This document shows, in pieces, positions 32,716 to 44,058 of a DNA stretch of 64,000 bases. The first letter of the stretch is position 1; every line of letters starts with the position of its first letter. The translations under genes and the position numbers were made by a program. The notes below the pieces were generated by a model, which did no database searches, was not told the DNA's origin, and saw only the letters and a list, made by a program, of their open reading frames with translations. Source of the DNA: an uncultured cyanobacterium (GTDB lineage Bacteria > Cyanobacteriota > Cyanobacteriia > Cyanobacteriales > Microcystaceae); assembly GCA_963807635.1 (NCBI GenBank), contig CAWEDJ010000031.1, positions 31,032 through 95,031 of the forward strand, read 5' to 3'.

Positions 32716-33234
32716 TTAAGTATAAAGATGTTCGACAGAAACGCCTCTTTCTTCTGCAACTTCGGCAAAACTTCTGAGGGTTTCTAAAGCATTAACGGCG
32801 GCTCTGGCATTATTAAGCGGATTATTAGAACCTAACTGTTTAGCCAGAATATTTTTGATCCCAGCTAATTCCAGCACTGTCCGCACGGCTCCCCCTGCAA
32901 TTACCCCAGTACCTGGTGCCGCTGGACGAATAATGACATTGGCTCCACCAGAGGCTCCCTTGGTAATATGGGTAATCGAGTTTGCCTTAGTTAGGGACAC
33001 ATCAATTAGCTGTTTTTTGCCATCAGCAACGCCTTTACGGACAGCTCCAATGACATCCCCTGCCTTACCAACCCCAACACCCACTTGTCCACTTTCATTG
33101 CCGACGACAACGATCGCTCTGAAGCTGAGTTTTTTACCACCTTTGACCACCTTACTCACGCGACGGATTTGAATAACCCGCTCTTGCCAGTTAGTCTCTT
33201 GGGCTTTGGTTCTGCTGCCTTTACGATTTGCCAT
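32716..33234 (-). CDS. rpsE: 30S ribosomal protein S5
   Basis: RVSKVVKGG...PGTGVIAGG. Confidence 0.98.
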   Translation of the reverse strand: MANRKGSRTKAQETNWQERVIQIRRVSKVVKGGKKLSFRAIVVVGNESGQVGVGVGKAGDVIGAVRKGVADGKKQLIDVSLTKANSITHITKGASGGANVIIRPAAPGTGVIAGGAVRTVLELAGIKNILAKQLGSNNPLNNARAAVNALETLRSFAEVAEERGVSVEHLYT

Positions 33235-33261
33235 AGTTTTACCTCCACATTCAATAAATTT

Positions 33262-33624
33262 CTAAAAGTTCAACCCAGCTTCACGGGCAGCTTCGGCTAA
33301 GGATTTAACACGGCCATGATAAAGGTTTCCACCCCGATCAAATACCACTGATTCAATCCCCTTGGCTAAGGCACGTTTAGCGACTAATTTACCAACGGCA
33401 GCCGAAGCAGTTGAATCGGAGGTAGATTCCAGTTCACTTTTTAGGTCTGGATCTAGGGTCGATGCAGCCGCCAGGGTATGTTGGGCGACATCATCAATAA
33501 CCTGAGCATAAATATGCTGATTGGAACGAAAAATAGCTAAGCGGGGACATTCGGATGTTCCACTCAGTTTGCGCCGAATCCGTTTGTGGCGGCGTTGAAG
33601 TAGTTCTTGGCGAGTCAATTTCAT
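33262..33624 (-). CDS. rplR: 50S ribosomal protein L18
   Basis: RLAIFRSN...[12 protein letters not shown]. Confidence 0.98.
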   Translation of the reverse strand: MKLTRQELLQRRHKRIRRKLSGTSECPRLAIFRSNQHIYAQVIDDVAQHTLAAASTLDPDLKSELESTSDSTASAAVGKLVAKRALAKGIESVVFDRGGNLYHGRVKSLAEAAREAGLNF

Positions 33625-33626
33625 GG

Positions 33627-34172
33627 TTATTTCTTACCTTTGGCTGTCTTACCAGCTTTACGTCTAACAAATTCGCCCAAATAACGGACACCTTTTCCTT
33701 TATAGGGTTCGGGAGGACGAGTCGCCCGAATTTTAGCGGCCATATTGCCGACTAGTTCTTTATCAATACCCGTGACGATAACTTGGGTATTATTTTCGAC
33801 AGCGACCTGAATACCGTCTGGCATAGCCATTTCAACAGGTTTGCTGTATCCCAAGTTGAGGGTGATTTTAGTTCCCTGGGCCTGGGCACGATAGCCGACT
33901 CCTTGAATATCGAGGCGTTTTTCAAATCCTTTAGAAACACCTTCGACCATGTTGGCGACTAGGGTACGGACGAGTCCATGACGTTCCCGCGCAGTCCGAG
34001 ATTCGTCTTGGCGAATGACATTCAGGATTTCTCCGTCTTGTTCGACTTTGACTTTCTCTGGAAGATCGCGCTCTAGGGTGCCTTTGGGCCCTTTGACGGT
34101 CAAGTGTGATTCATTGATGTCAATGGTCACTTTGGCCGGGATGGGGATGGGGCGTTTACCAATACGAGACAT
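33627..34172 (-). CDS. rplF: 50S ribosomal protein L6
   Basis: MSRIGK...PEPYKGKG. Confidence 0.98.
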   Translation of the reverse strand: MSRIGKRPIPIPAKVTIDINESHLTVKGPKGTLERDLPEKVKVEQDGEILNVIRQDESRTARERHGLVRTLVANMVEGVSKGFEKRLDIQGVGYRAQAQGTKITLNLGYSKPVEMAMPDGIQVAVENNTQVIVTGIDKELVGNMAAKIRATRPPEPYKGKGVRYLGEFVRRKAGKTAKGKK

Positions 34173-34302
34173 AGTTTTTAACTGTGATTAGAGGTTCATG
34201 CTTTCTTGGTTAATAGTTAATAGTGTGCTGTTAATAGAGGATTGATCGTTTAATAACGCTATCAATCACTGATTACCAATGACTATTGACTAATCACTCA
34301 AA

Positions 34303-34704
34303 TTACCAGACGTAGCAAAGGATTTCGCCGCCAATTTTCTGACGACGGGCTTCTCGGTCTGTCATAACCCCGCTAGAGGTGGAGACAACGGCAATGCCGA
34401 TACCGCCTAAAACTCTGGGAATTTCTTTGGAGGGAGAATACACCCGCAGACCTGGTTTGCTGACCCGTTGTAGGGTATTAATCAGGGGTTGGCGATTTTT
34501 TCCTTTATATTTGAGGGTTAGAACGAGGTTACTCTTGATGCCTTCGCCCACTTCTTCAAATCCTTCGATAAAGCCTTCGTCTTTGAGGACTTGGGCAATA
34601 TTACGGGTCATTTTGGTAGTGGGAACTAGGGTTGTGGGATGTCTCACTGCACAGGCATTACGGATGCGGGTGAGCATATCGGAAATTGTGTCGGTTGATG
34701 CCAT
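34303..34704 (-). CDS. rpsH: 30S ribosomal protein S8
   Basis: DMLTRIRNA...SKPGLRVY...GGEILC. Confidence 0.98.
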   Translation of the reverse strand: MASTDTISDMLTRIRNACAVRHPTTLVPTTKMTRNIAQVLKDEGFIEGFEEVGEGIKSNLVLTLKYKGKNRQPLINTLQRVSKPGLRVYSPSKEIPRVLGGIGIAVVSTSSGVMTDREARRQKIGGEILCYVW

Positions 34705-34864
34705 TATTCCTTAAGTTTTTTTCCTAGTGGATTCTTTTTAATTGATAGTTGATAATTAATAGTTGATAATTAATAGTTGCTTTTGGAGAACTTAAACAGA
34801 TTTAAGCTCTTGATGTTGGCTAAACCATTCATTATCCATTATCAATTTTTCTATTATCAATTAA

Positions 34865-35410
34865 CTATGGGTTTTTAAAGGGCATTCCCATCGCTTTTAG
34901 TAAGGCACGTCCTTCTTCATCGGTTTTAGCGGTGGTGATGATCGAGATATCAAATCCGCGAATTTGATCGATACTGTCGTAGCTAATTTCAGGAAAAATG
35001 AGTTGTTCTCGAATTCCTAAACTGTAGTTACCGCGACCATCAAAACTATTGGGGCTAATGCCACGAAAATCTCGAATACGGGGGAGTGCTAGGCTAATCA
35101 GTCGGTCTAAGAAGGAGTACATCCGTTCAGATCGTAAAGTGACCATTACTCCGACGGGCATTCCTTCTCGGAGTTTGAAACCCGCGATCGCCTTTTTAGC
35201 ACGGGTAACAACGGGTTTTTGTCCGCTAATCGTCGATAATTCTACAATAGAAGATTCAAGAGCTTTAGCATTCTGAGAAGCTTCTCCTAAACCGCGATTA
35301 ATCGTAATTTTGACGACCTTGGGAACTTCATGGACATTCTTGTAACCAAACTCTTCGGTGAGTTGGGGAACAATAGTTTCCTGATAGATCTGTTTAAGGG
35401 GCAGTTTCAT
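34865..35410 (-). CDS. rplE: 50S ribosomal protein L5
   Basis: LPRIRDFRG...FDGRGNY; start placed at ATG 35410. Confidence 0.98.
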   Translation of the reverse strand: MKLPLKQIYQETIVPQLTEEFGYKNVHEVPKVVKITINRGLGEASQNAKALESSIVELSTISGQKPVVTRAKKAIAGFKLREGMPVGVMVTLRSERMYSFLDRLISLALPRIRDFRGISPNSFDGRGNYSLGIREQLIFPEISYDSIDQIRGFDISIITTAKTDEEGRALLKAMGMPFKNP

Positions 35411-35500
35411 GGTTTTTATGAATTCCTGGGCTTGGTCAGGATTTAAGTAATTAACAGTTGAGAATAGAAAATTCTCAATTAAACAATTAACAATTCTCAA

Positions 35501-35848
35501 TTAATCCAGGAGTTCACCCGTTTTCTTGAGCATCCGTACTTTCTTTCCATCTTCGGTAAAGGTGTGGCAGACTCGGCTGGCAACTTTTTCCTTATTGGAA
35601 TAAAGCATCACTTTAGAACTGTGAATGGGAGCTTCAAAGGTAGTGATTTGTCCAGATTCGCCTTCTTGTTGGGGTTTAACGTGCTTGGTGCGGATGTTAA
35701 CTCCCTTGATGACGACCTGGCTTTTTTGGGGCAGGATTTGTAGGATTTCTCCCACTTTTCCCTTATCTTTGCCCGAAATAATTTGGACGGTATCCCCTTT
35801 TTTGACGTGCATTTTATAACGCTTAGGGGTAGTTGATTTTTTGGTCAT
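35501..35848 (-). CDS. rplX: 50S ribosomal protein L24
   Basis: [16 protein letters not shown]. Confidence 0.98.
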   Translation of the reverse strand: MTKKSTTPKRYKMHVKKGDTVQIISGKDKGKVGEILQILPQKSQVVIKGVNIRTKHVKPQQEGESGQITTFEAPIHSSKVMLYSNKEKVASRVCHTFTEDGKKVRMLKKTGELLD

Positions 35849-36216
35849 CAGATTACCTCCGGGGCGAGGGAGACGATTTTGGTATAGTTTTTATCCCGTA
35901 ATTCCCGTGCAACGGGGCCAAAAACCCGTGTTCCCTTCGGATTTCCATCAGCATTAATAATCACGGCGGCATTGTCATCAAAACGAATGCTCATACCACT
36001 TTCTCGGCTGACGGTTTGACGAGTACGAACGATGACCGCTTTCACGACATCGGATTTTTTGACGGGCATATTGGGAATAGCATCCTTAACAACCGCAACG
36101 ATTTGATCGCCGATGCCGCCGTAGGTGCAGTTTCCTGTGCCTAAAACTCGCAGACACATTAATTTGCGTGCGCCGCTATTGTCAGCGACATTGAGGTAGG
36201 TTTGTTGTTGAATCAC
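35848..36216 (-). CDS. rplN: 50S ribosomal protein L14
   Basis: VADNSGA...SLAPEVI. Confidence 0.99.
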   Translation of the reverse strand: MIQQQTYLNVADNSGARKLMCLRVLGTGNCTYGGIGDQIVAVVKDAIPNMPVKKSDVVKAVIVRTRQTVSRESGMSIRFDDNAAVIINADGNPKGTRVFGPVARELRDKNYTKIVSLAPEVI

Positions 36217-36247
36217 GACGATTCCTCTGAAAGTAATGGACTTGAGT

Positions 36248-36487
36248 TTAATGAGTCAGGATTTCGGCAACTGTCCAGTGTTTGGTTTTACTCAAAGGGC
36301 GGGTTTCCTGAATGCGGACGCGATCGCCTTCTTTACACTGGTTGTCTTCGTCGTGGGCTTTAAACTTTTTAGTTTTAACGACGATCTTGCCGTACTTGGG
36401 GTGGGGAGAGCGGTTTTCGATCGCAACAACAACGGTTTTATCCATTTTGTCACTCACAACAACGCCGACTCTTTCTTTAACTGCCAT
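36248..36487 (-). CDS. rpsQ: 30S ribosomal protein S17
   Basis: VVSDKMDKT...RPLSKTK. Confidence 0.98.
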   Translation of the reverse strand: MAVKERVGVVVSDKMDKTVVVAIENRSPHPKYGKIVVKTKKFKAHDEDNQCKEGDRVRIQETRPLSKTKHWTVAEILTH

Positions 36488-36528
36488 AATCGATTTTGGT
36501 TTTTGAGATGAATTTAGAAAAGTCTGTT

Positions 36529-36750
36529 TTACGCTTCTTCGGGAGTTGCAGCCTTAGACTGTCTTTCTCCTTCCACCGTCAACAGTTGGGCTAGGCGGTG
36601 ACGAGTATGTTTGAATTCATGGGGAGTCTCTAGGCGACGAGTCGCTTGCTGAAACCGTAAATCAAACAATTTTTTCTTCGCCGCAACGATCGCCTCGGAC
36701 AGTTCTTCATCCTTTAATGCTCTAGCATCTGCAATTTTTGGGAGAGCCAT
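36529..36750 (-). CDS. rpmC: 50S ribosomal protein L29
   Basis: LFDLRFQ...LAQLLT; operon position. Confidence 0.97.
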   Translation of the reverse strand: MALPKIADARALKDEELSEAIVAAKKKLFDLRFQQATRRLETPHEFKHTRHRLAQLLTVEGERQSKAATPEEA

Positions 36751-36752
36751 TG

Positions 36753-37172
36753 TTACACATACTCCTCATTCTTAGTGATGAACTTAGTTTTAATGGGTAA
36801 TTTTTGGGACGCAAGACGCATTGCTTCACGGGCCACTTCTTCAGTAACGCCCCCCACCTCAAACATAATCCGTCCAGGTTTGACAACAGCTACCCAAAAT
36901 TCGGGTGAACCTTTACCAGAACCCATCCGAGTTTCAGCAGGGCGTTGGGTAACGGGTTTATCAGGAAAAATACGAATCCAGATTTTCCCACCCCGACGAA
37001 TATAACGATTCATCGCACGACGAGCCGCTTCAATTTGGCGAGCGGTAATCCAAGAGGGTTCAATGGCTTGGAGCGCAAATTCTCCAAAATTGATGGTGCT
37101 TCCCCGTTTGGCCAAACCTCTCATCCGACCGCGTTGTTGTTTACGGAATTTTGTTCTTCTGGGACTTAACAT
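36753..37172 (-). CDS. rplP: 50S ribosomal protein L16
   Basis: RIFPDKP...RMGSGKG. Confidence 0.99.
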   Translation of the reverse strand: MLSPRRTKFRKQQRGRMRGLAKRGSTINFGEFALQAIEPSWITARQIEAARRAMNRYIRRGGKIWIRIFPDKPVTQRPAETRMGSGKGSPEFWVAVVKPGRIMFEVGGVTEEVAREAMRLASQKLPIKTKFITKNEEYV

Positions 37173-37185
37173 GATTAGTTAATAG

Positions 37186-37244
37186 TTTTTAGTTAATAGT
37201 TTTTAGTTGGTAATTTTTAGTTGGTAATTTTTAATAGTTAGTTG
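37186..37244. repeat. Short tandem repeats (7/14-mer, STRR-like) between rpsC and rplP
   Basis: tagttaatagtttt x2 then tagttggtaatttt x2. Confidence 0.7.
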
Positions 37245-37317
37245 ACGATAGTTTCTAGGTATTTCATGATCCCGTTGACTACGGACTGACTACTGAAAAA
37301 TCGACTATTCACCTTGA

Positions 37318-38042
37318 CTATTCACCAGAGCGGTCTTCAAATTGTTGACGACGAGAGGATTTTCGACGAGGTTGAGCCGCAGGAGCGACGACAGGTTGAA
37401 TATCTTGTCCAGGAATAATTTCTCCCTTAAAAATCCAAACTTTCACCCCTAAAATTCCGTAGGTCGTTTTAGCCGTCACATAGGCATAATCAATGTCAGC
37501 CCGAAGAGTATGGAGAGGAACCCGTCCTTCTCGACCCATTCAGTCCGCGCAATTTCTGCCCCATTCAGACGACCACTGACTTGGATTTTAATTCCCTTAA
37601 CTTCAGCCCGTTGCGCCCGTTGAATGGCTTGGCGGACAACCCGACGGAAAGAAACCCGACGTTCTAGTTGTTGGGCAATATATTCGCCGATTAAGCGAGC
37701 ATCTGCGTCAACTTTGGCAACTTCAATCACATTGACCCGAATTTGACGGGTACCGCCGAGAGCCGTTTGGAGTCCCACGCGCAATTGCTCAATACCCGCG
37801 CCGCCTCGACCAACGACCACCCCAGGTCTTGCGGTATGAATACTCAATTCAATTTGATCCGCTTTGCGTTCGATGCGAATATCCGCAATTCCCGCATTAC
37901 TGAGATTTTTTTCGACATAAAGCCGAATTTTGTTATCTTCTTGGAGTAACTCTGGATAGCGTTTTGAATCGGCGTACCAACAGGATTTATGTTCTTTGGT
38001 AATACCGAGACGAAAGCCAATTGGATGTATTTTTTGTCCCAT
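37318..38042 (-). CDS. rpsC: 30S ribosomal protein S3; frameshift near 37535
   Basis: MGQKIHP...[11 protein letters not shown] / [14 protein letters not shown]. Confidence 0.98.
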
Positions 38043-38093
38043 TTTTTTTGAACCTTACGTTAGCTTCGCTTGACAAGTTAAGGATTGAACTGA

Positions 38094-38453
38094 TTATTCT
38101 TCCGATCCAGACGCGACGGCAACAGTGATGTGGCAAGTCGGTTTACGGATTTGGTAAGCTCGGCCTTGGGCGCGGGGGCGAAAACGTCTTAAGCTAGGGC
38201 CACCGTCGGCAAATGCTTGACTAACAACGAGGCTAGAGGGGTCTAGTCCTTCATTGTGTTCGGCATTGGCAACGGCTGACCGTAGGGTTTTCAAGATCGG
38301 CTCACAGGCTTTGTAAGGCATAAACTCTAGAATAATCAGAGCTTCCCGATAGGAACGTCCCCGAATTTGATCGAGAACACGACGGACTTTGTAGGGAGAC
38401 ATCCGCACATAGCGCGCGATCGCCTTAGCCTCTACTGTCGTATTGATCGCCAT
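38094..38453 (-). CDS. rplV: 50S ribosomal protein L22
   Basis: SAVANAEHN...PRAQGRA. Confidence 0.98.
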   Translation of the reverse strand: MAINTTVEAKAIARYVRMSPYKVRRVLDQIRGRSYREALIILEFMPYKACEPILKTLRSAVANAEHNEGLDPSSLVVSQAFADGGPSLRRFRPRAQGRAYQIRKPTCHITVAVASGSEE

Positions 38454-38465
38454 AGTGTTTACCTC

Positions 38466-38747
38466 TTATTTTCGACCCGATTTTTTATCACCCTTAGCGT
38501 GGCCCCGAAAGGTACGGGTGGGCGCGAATTCACCCAGCTTATGACCCACCATTTGTTCAGAAATGAAAATGGGAACGTGTTGCTTGCCATTATGAACGGC
38601 GATCGTGTGGCCAATCATTTCGGGCATGATAGTAGATGCCCTTGACCAGGTTTTGATCACTTGCTTGTCGCCTTTTACGTTAAGTTTCTCAATTTTCGTG
38701 AGAAGACTATCTGCGATAAAAGGCCCTTTTTTGAGAGAACGACCCAT
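38466..38747 (-). CDS. rpsS: 30S ribosomal protein S19
   Basis: RSLKKGPF...[11 protein letters not shown]. Confidence 0.99.
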   Translation of the reverse strand: MGRSLKKGPFIADSLLTKIEKLNVKGDKQVIKTWSRASTIMPEMIGHTIAVHNGKQHVPIFISEQMVGHKLGEFAPTRTFRGHAKGDKKSGRK

Positions 38748-38783
38748 AGTTGGATACTGGTAGTATTACTAAGTAAACAAAGT

Positions 38784-39616
38784 TTATTTCGTGCGACGGC
38801 GGACAATAAGCCCACTACTACGCTTTTTCTTATTACGAGTTTTGGCACCCAAGGTCGGTTTACCCCAAGGTGTTACTGGCCCAGAACGACCGATTGGTGC
38901 GCGGCCCTCTCCACCTCCATGCGGGTGATCCACAGGGTTCATGACGCTACCCCGAACATGGGGTCGTTTACCTAGATGGCGAGTCCGTTCAGCTTTTCCT
39001 AACTTGATGTTACGATTGTCTGCATTTCCGACTTTACCAATGGTGGCATAACACTCTTTTCTGACCATCCGCACTTCTTTGGAGGGCAATTTGAGGGTTA
39101 CATAATCCCCTTCTTTGGCAACCACTTGAGCAGAGGCTCCCGCAGAACGGGCCATTTGTCCACCCTTGCCAGCCACGAGTTCAATATTATGAACGTCCGT
39201 ACCCAAGGGAATTTTGCTCAGGGGAAGCGCGTTACCAATTTCAAAGGGAGCATCATCTCCTGCAATAATCATGGTGCCGACTTCCAAACCGCCAGGGGCT
39301 AAGAATATAGCGTTTTTCCCCATCTTGGTAGAAAAGTAGGGCAATGCGGGCGTTACGATTGGGATCGTATTCAATGGCGGCAACCTTTGCGAGAGTATTC
39401 GCGCTTGTTTCGGTGAAAATCAATTTCCCGATAGAGACGTTTGTGACCACCACCCCGATGGCGACTGGTAATAACCCCGCGATTATTCCGTCCTTTTTTG
39501 TTGTGCTTATAGCTTGTTAATGATTTTTCCGGCTCACTTTTAGTAATTTCGGCGAAATCGGAGACGCTTGCCTGCCGAGTGCCTGGAGTGTATGGCCGAT
39601 AAGTACGGATACCCAT
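38784..39616 (-). CDS. rplB: 50S ribosomal protein L2; at least two frameshifts (~39400, ~39300)
   Basis: GRNNRG...RGGGHKR / [13 protein letters not shown] / [13 protein letters not shown]. Confidence 0.98.
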
Positions 39617-39682
39617 AGTTCAATTTTTGGATTTTGGATTTTGGATTTTACGCTTAGTGATCATCACTAAACCAAGAAAAAA

Positions 39683-39988
39683 CTAAACGTCTGGGAATAG
39701 AGGAATCGTATCCCCTTCCTTGAGGGTGACGATCGCGCGTTTAATCTGGGGTTTAAAACCCAGGAAGCGACCGACTCGTTTTTTCTTACGGGGGGGACGG
39801 GCCGTATTGACGCTAGTAACTTTTACATCAAATAAAGACTCGATCGCCGCTTTGATGTCGGGCTTAGTTGCTTTAGGAACGACTTCAAAAACGTATTGAT
39901 TTTGTTCCATGAGCAAGGTCGCCTTTTCCGTCACCAAGGGCTTGATAATCAAATCAGCCAAATTACGGGAATCAACTTTAGTCGTCAT
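39683..39988 (-). CDS. rplW: 50S ribosomal protein L23
   Basis: KPLVTEKA...KRAIVTL. Confidence 0.97.
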   Translation of the reverse strand: MTTKVDSRNLADLIIKPLVTEKATLLMEQNQYVFEVVPKATKPDIKAAIESLFDVKVTSVNTARPPRKKKRVGRFLGFKPQIKRAIVTLKEGDTIPLFPDV

Positions 39989-40612
39989 TGTAAACCTCCT
40001 GAAGTTTGGCGATCGCACTGGATGTCGCAACAATCTTATTCGCCACGAGAATATCGTAAATATTCAAACTATCGGCTTTTAATATCTTCAAAGAAGCGAC
40101 ATTTCGAGCAGATAATTGAACATTTTCAGGAATCTCATCTAAAATCAAGAGCGTTCTTTTCTCCAGATTCGCGCCCCAACGAGTGAGAGCAGAGGTTAAT
40201 TCCTTGGTTTTGGGCTGGGTCAATTGATCCCCAAAAGATTCGACCAAAATCAAATCTTCCATACGACTAGCGATCGCAGTTCTGAGAGCCAAACGACGTT
40301 CCTTGCGGTTCATCTTGATCTCAAACTCTCTCGGTTTTGGGCCAAAGAAACACCACCACCCTTCCAGAGAGGAGAACGATTAGAACCTGCACGAGCGCGT
40401 CCCGTTCCTTTTTGTTTCCAAGGCTTACGACCACCACCTCTCACTTCAGCACGAGTCTTAGTAGAAGCATTTCCTTGGCGAGCATTCGTTTGTTGACGGA
40501 TTAATGCTCGGTGGACAATGTGGTTTGCATTTTCATCTTTTGCAACCTTTAGCTCAAGAGAAGCTTCACCGCTTTCTTCCCCTTGCCAATTTTTAACAAC
40601 ACAATTAACCAT
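39978..40612 (-). CDS. rplD: 50S ribosomal protein L4; frameshift near 40345
   Basis: [15 protein letters not shown] / [11 protein letters not shown]. Confidence 0.97.
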
Positions 40613-40650
40613 AATATTATTTCGTTGATCAGTGGTCAGAGATGAGCTTT

Positions 40651-41292
40651 CTATTTACGTCCAACTCGGTTAGTCGGCATAATATTCAGCAGAGTACCGG
40701 GTTTACCAGGAACGGCTCCTTTGATGAGCAAGAAATTCCGCTCAACGTCAACTCTTACCACCGTCAAACGACGGACAGTAATTTTTTTCGCGCCGTATTG
40801 TCCTGCCATTTTTTTACCAGGATAGACACGACCAGGCGTTGTACCAGGCCCAATCGAACCAGGAGTCCGATGACTTTTAGAACCGTGAGACATCAGACCA
40901 CGACTAAAGTTATGACGTTTCTGATAACCAGAAAAACCCCGTCCCATACTCTGACCAGATACATCAACTAAATCACCGACATTAAAAATATCTGCTTTTA
41001 GCGTTTGTCCTAATTCATAGGCAGAAGTATCATCTAGACGATATTCCTTTAAGTGACGTTGGGGGGTTGCCCCTGCTTTACTTAGATGGCCTAATTCAGG
41101 CTTGCTAAGGGCTTTTTCCTTAACTTCTTGATAGCCGACCTGGATAGATGAATAGCCATCCGTTTCAACCGTTTTGACTTGTGTGACGGGACAGGGGCCA
41201 ACTTGTACCACTGTTACTGGAATAGAGGTTCCCTTCTCTGTATCAAAGATTTGGGTCATTCCCAGTTTTGTCCCTAAAAGACCGATAGACAC
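40651..41292 (-). CDS. rplC: 50S ribosomal protein L3
   Basis: GTKLGMTQ...PGSIG...GAVPG. Confidence 0.99.
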   Translation of the reverse strand: MSIGLLGTKLGMTQIFDTEKGTSIPVTVVQVGPCPVTQVKTVETDGYSSIQVGYQEVKEKALSKPELGHLSKAGATPQRHLKEYRLDDTSAYELGQTLKADIFNVGDLVDVSGQSMGRGFSGYQKRHNFSRGLMSHGSKSHRTPGSIGPGTTPGRVYPGKKMAGQYGAKKITVRRLTVVRVDVERNFLLIKGAVPGKPGTLLNIMPTNRVGRK

Positions 41293-41605
41293 GCTTTAAC
41301 CCTCTACATTTTTTGAATAATCGGTTTATCTTAGATTCTCAGCAAAGAAATGACAAATAAGATATATCCGTCTAAGATCTAACTTATAGATGTTCTTCAA
41401 CTGAATGGAGTGTATCAAGAAAATTCTTGATGAGTCCGTTTAACTTAATAGCGGTAGGGAGAGTTAGTCCTACATACCAGTTAAGTCGGGTTGCTGGTGT
41501 TTCCGTACAGACTTAAGGAGGATAATCCTCAGTATCTTCGGGCAGCAGGCGGCAAATATACTACGCGAGTTTTTGATACTAACACTATTTTGGCCGCGAT
41601 CAACC

Positions 41606-41634
41606 ATTGTAGGGAATGATACGAATTAATGCAA
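41606..41634 (-). promoter_or_regulatory. Putative sigma70-type promoter of the rplC operon
   Basis: Minus strand TTGCAT-17 nt-TACAAT, implying a ~300-nt leader. Confidence 0.65.
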
Positions 41635-41662
41635 GGGTTTTAAGTAAAAAAGATTTTGAGGG

Positions 41663-41817
41663 GCGATCGCGACTTTAATGATCGAAGGGGATGAAAGGAT
41701 GCTATCACCTTGGATGTTGACGAAACATTTTGGCGAGTTGTCGAATTTGCCTAATATTCACAAAGATCCGTCTGAAGTAAAGTTTTGATCGCCGATTTAG
41801 AATCCTTGGGCGATCGC
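41663..41817 (+). pseudogene. Possible short remnant of a PIN/VapC toxin gene between two HIP1 sites
   Basis: Reads ...KHFGELSNLPNIHKDP, similar to the LP.HH.DPFD motif of PIN toxins. Confidence 0.3.
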
Positions 41818-41891
41818 TTTTTAGCGGTGAAGATTTTAACGAGCGTATTCAATGATTAAAATTTAAAGAAGATGTGAACCCCAGAAATTCT

Positions 41892-42493
41892 ATGCAGACT
41901 ATCACTCCTAATCTTTCCCCCGCGATCGCCGCCAAAGCTTGGACAGATGAAGCATTTATGGCTCTCCCCGATGACGGCCATCATTACGAAGTTATTAATG
42001 GAGAACTCATTGATATGGGAAATTCAGGGGACTTACACGGTTATGTTTGCAGTACCTTGATGATTCTGCTGGGCGGATATGTCCGTCAACAAAATCTGGG
42101 AGCGATGTTAGACTCTAGTACCGCATTCAAAATGAAAAGTGGCAATAAGCGATCGCCTGATATTGCGTTTATATTGCGTTTTTTGCGAAGGAACGCTTAC
42201 AAGGGATGACAGTTCTCCCCTCTGGATATCTAGACGGTGCGCCCGATCTGGTGGTGGAAGTGCTTTCTCCTGGTAACACTGTCGAAGAAATTGACGATAA
42301 ATTAACCGAATATTTTGACAATGGTTCTCGATTAGTCTGGGTCATCAATCCCATCCAACATTATGTGCTGGTCTATCGCTCTGCCCAGGAACCCGATCGC
42401 CTGCTCAAAGGTAAGGATTATCTAGACGGTGAAGAGGTGATTCCTAGTTTTACCCTAGCCGTTGCCGATTTGTTCCAAAAACTTGACTTTTAA
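41892..42493 (+). CDS. Uma2 (DUF820) family putative endonuclease, disrupted by an 11-bp tandem duplication
   Basis: YEVINGEL, RSPDIAF, APDLVVEVLSP, LVWVINP; atattgcgttt repeated at 42160-42181. Confidence 0.88.
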
Positions 42494-42672
42494 GCCAATT
42501 ATCACTATCAATAAATCCAGCAATCCTATTTAAAACAATCATTCCATCGACTGAAGACGTTTATCAAAAATGCTACAGTGATGATGGCCATTGAGTTTAT
42601 CGCCTTGGTCAAAAAATATCGGAATATTACTGAAATTCCCCCATAGTGGGACTGTAGGCGCAGGAAAAACGG

Positions 42673-43095
42673 ATGGGAACAATTAGGCTAATGCACGCGA
42701 AACTCCATCGGGTGCGAGTCACGGAAGCGAATGTGAATTATGTGGGCAGTATCAGCATTGATCCAGAGTTGCTGGAAAAAGTTGGCATTTTACCCCTTGA
42801 AGAAGTCGATATTATCAATCTTAATAACGGGAAACGCTTTTCTACCTATACCATTCCAGGCACAGCAGGTAGTCGGGAAATTTGTCCCAACGGAGGAGCC
42901 GCTTTGTTATGTGAGCCTGGGGATTTGTTGATAATTTATGCCTATGAAACCTGCGATCGCGCAGAAATCTTAATCAAAGGTCATCAAGCGCGGGTCATGG
43001 TTGCAGATGCAGAAAATAATATTGCAGAATTTTATTTACAAAATCTTGTTCCCCAGGGCAATGGCCTGGAATTTCAGAATTTAATGGCTGAATAG
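42673..43095 (+). CDS. panD: Aspartate 1-decarboxylase
   Basis: [17 protein letters not shown] (Gly-Ser cleavage site), NGGAA. Confidence 0.93.
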   Translation: MGTIRLMHAKLHRVRVTEANVNYVGSISIDPELLEKVGILPLEEVDIINLNNGKRFSTYTIPGTAGSREICPNGGAALLCEPGDLLIIYAYETCDRAEILIKGHQARVMVADAENNIAEFYLQNLVPQGNGLEFQNLMAE

Positions 43096-43159
43096 GTTAC
43101 AGTTTGACAAGACTAACCCAAATTGAGTTTTAAATCCTAAATTTGAAACTAATAAACCG

Positions 43160-44023
43160 ATGAAAAACCCTGAAAAGCCCCTGTGGGAAACCCTCCTCAA
43201 ACCCTTCTTTCAAACCTTTCTGATCGATCAAGCAGAACTCGCCCGCCTCAGTGAAATGATTGACTGGGAAGCAGGGCGATCGCGTTTTGGTCAACCTGAT
43301 TTTCAGTATCCCGAATACTATCAAGATCAAAATTTTCATGGAATCGAAGGCGGTTATCTCACCCAAACAGCCGCCCTTACCTACGATCCGATTACTCGTT
43401 ACGTCTTGCCACCCAATGAAGACTGGATTCGAGAAGCTTTAATTGATCGCATTGGTGGCCAACCCCGACGAATTCTAGACCTCGGTTGTGGGACAGGGTC
43501 TATGACATTGATGCTGAAAAAACGCTTTAGTGAAGCAACGGTCTGTGGACTGGATCTGTCCCCTGAGATGTTGACCATCGCCGATTACAAAGCGCACCAG
43601 GCAGGACTGAAAATTGATTGGCGACAGGGAACGGCGGAAAAAACGCCCTTTGTTCCCCATAGTTTTGATTTAATTACCATTACCTTGCTTTTTCATGAAT
43701 TGCCCCCCGTTATTTCCCAGACTGTGCTGAAAGAATGTTTTAGGTTACTAATCCCAGGCGGACAGATTTTGGTTTTAGATGGCAATCAAAAATCCCTACG
43801 GCAAACCGATTGGTTGACTAATATTTTCGAGGAACCCTATATTCAGGATTATGCTCAAGAAAGTGTAGATGCTTGGCTCGGCAATGCCCAATTTGAAGCT
43901 GTTCACACTGATGATGTCTGGTGGGTGCATCAGGTTAGTCAGGGAATGAAGCCAACCCCCATTCGAGAAAGCAATTTTTCGACCTTAGAAAATAGGAATG
44001 AAATTTTTGTTCCTGCAATTTGA
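43160..44023 (+). CDS. Class I SAM-dependent methyltransferase
   Basis: ILDLGCGTG, GLDLS, LFHELP. Confidence 0.9.
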   Translation: MKNPEKPLWETLLKPFFQTFLIDQAELARLSEMIDWEAGRSRFGQPDFQYPEYYQDQNFHGIEGGYLTQTAALTYDPITRYVLPPNEDWIREALIDRIGGQPRRILDLGCGTGSMTLMLKKRFSEATVCGLDLSPEMLTIADYKAHQAGLKIDWRQGTAEKTPFVPHSFDLITITLLFHELPPVISQTVLKECFRLLIPGGQILVLDGNQKSLRQTDWLTNIFEEPYIQDYAQESVDAWLGNAQFEAVHTDDVWWVHQVSQGMKPTPIRESNFSTLENRNEIFVPAI

Positions 44024-44058
44024 GGAATTAACGCTAGAAAATAATTTGATCTAAAAAA

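Noticed and set aside
37186..37244. Tandem repeats as a CRISPR array
   Set aside because: Units are 7-14 bp without unique spacers, and no cas genes are present
38985..38995. L2 reads GKAER instead of the conserved GKAGR
   Set aside because: Single-site change in an error-rich assembly; not credible without reads
24018..41292. Absence of rpsJ, rpsN, rpmD and rpsD from the operon
   Set aside because: Normal for cyanobacteria; these genes lie elsewhere or are absent
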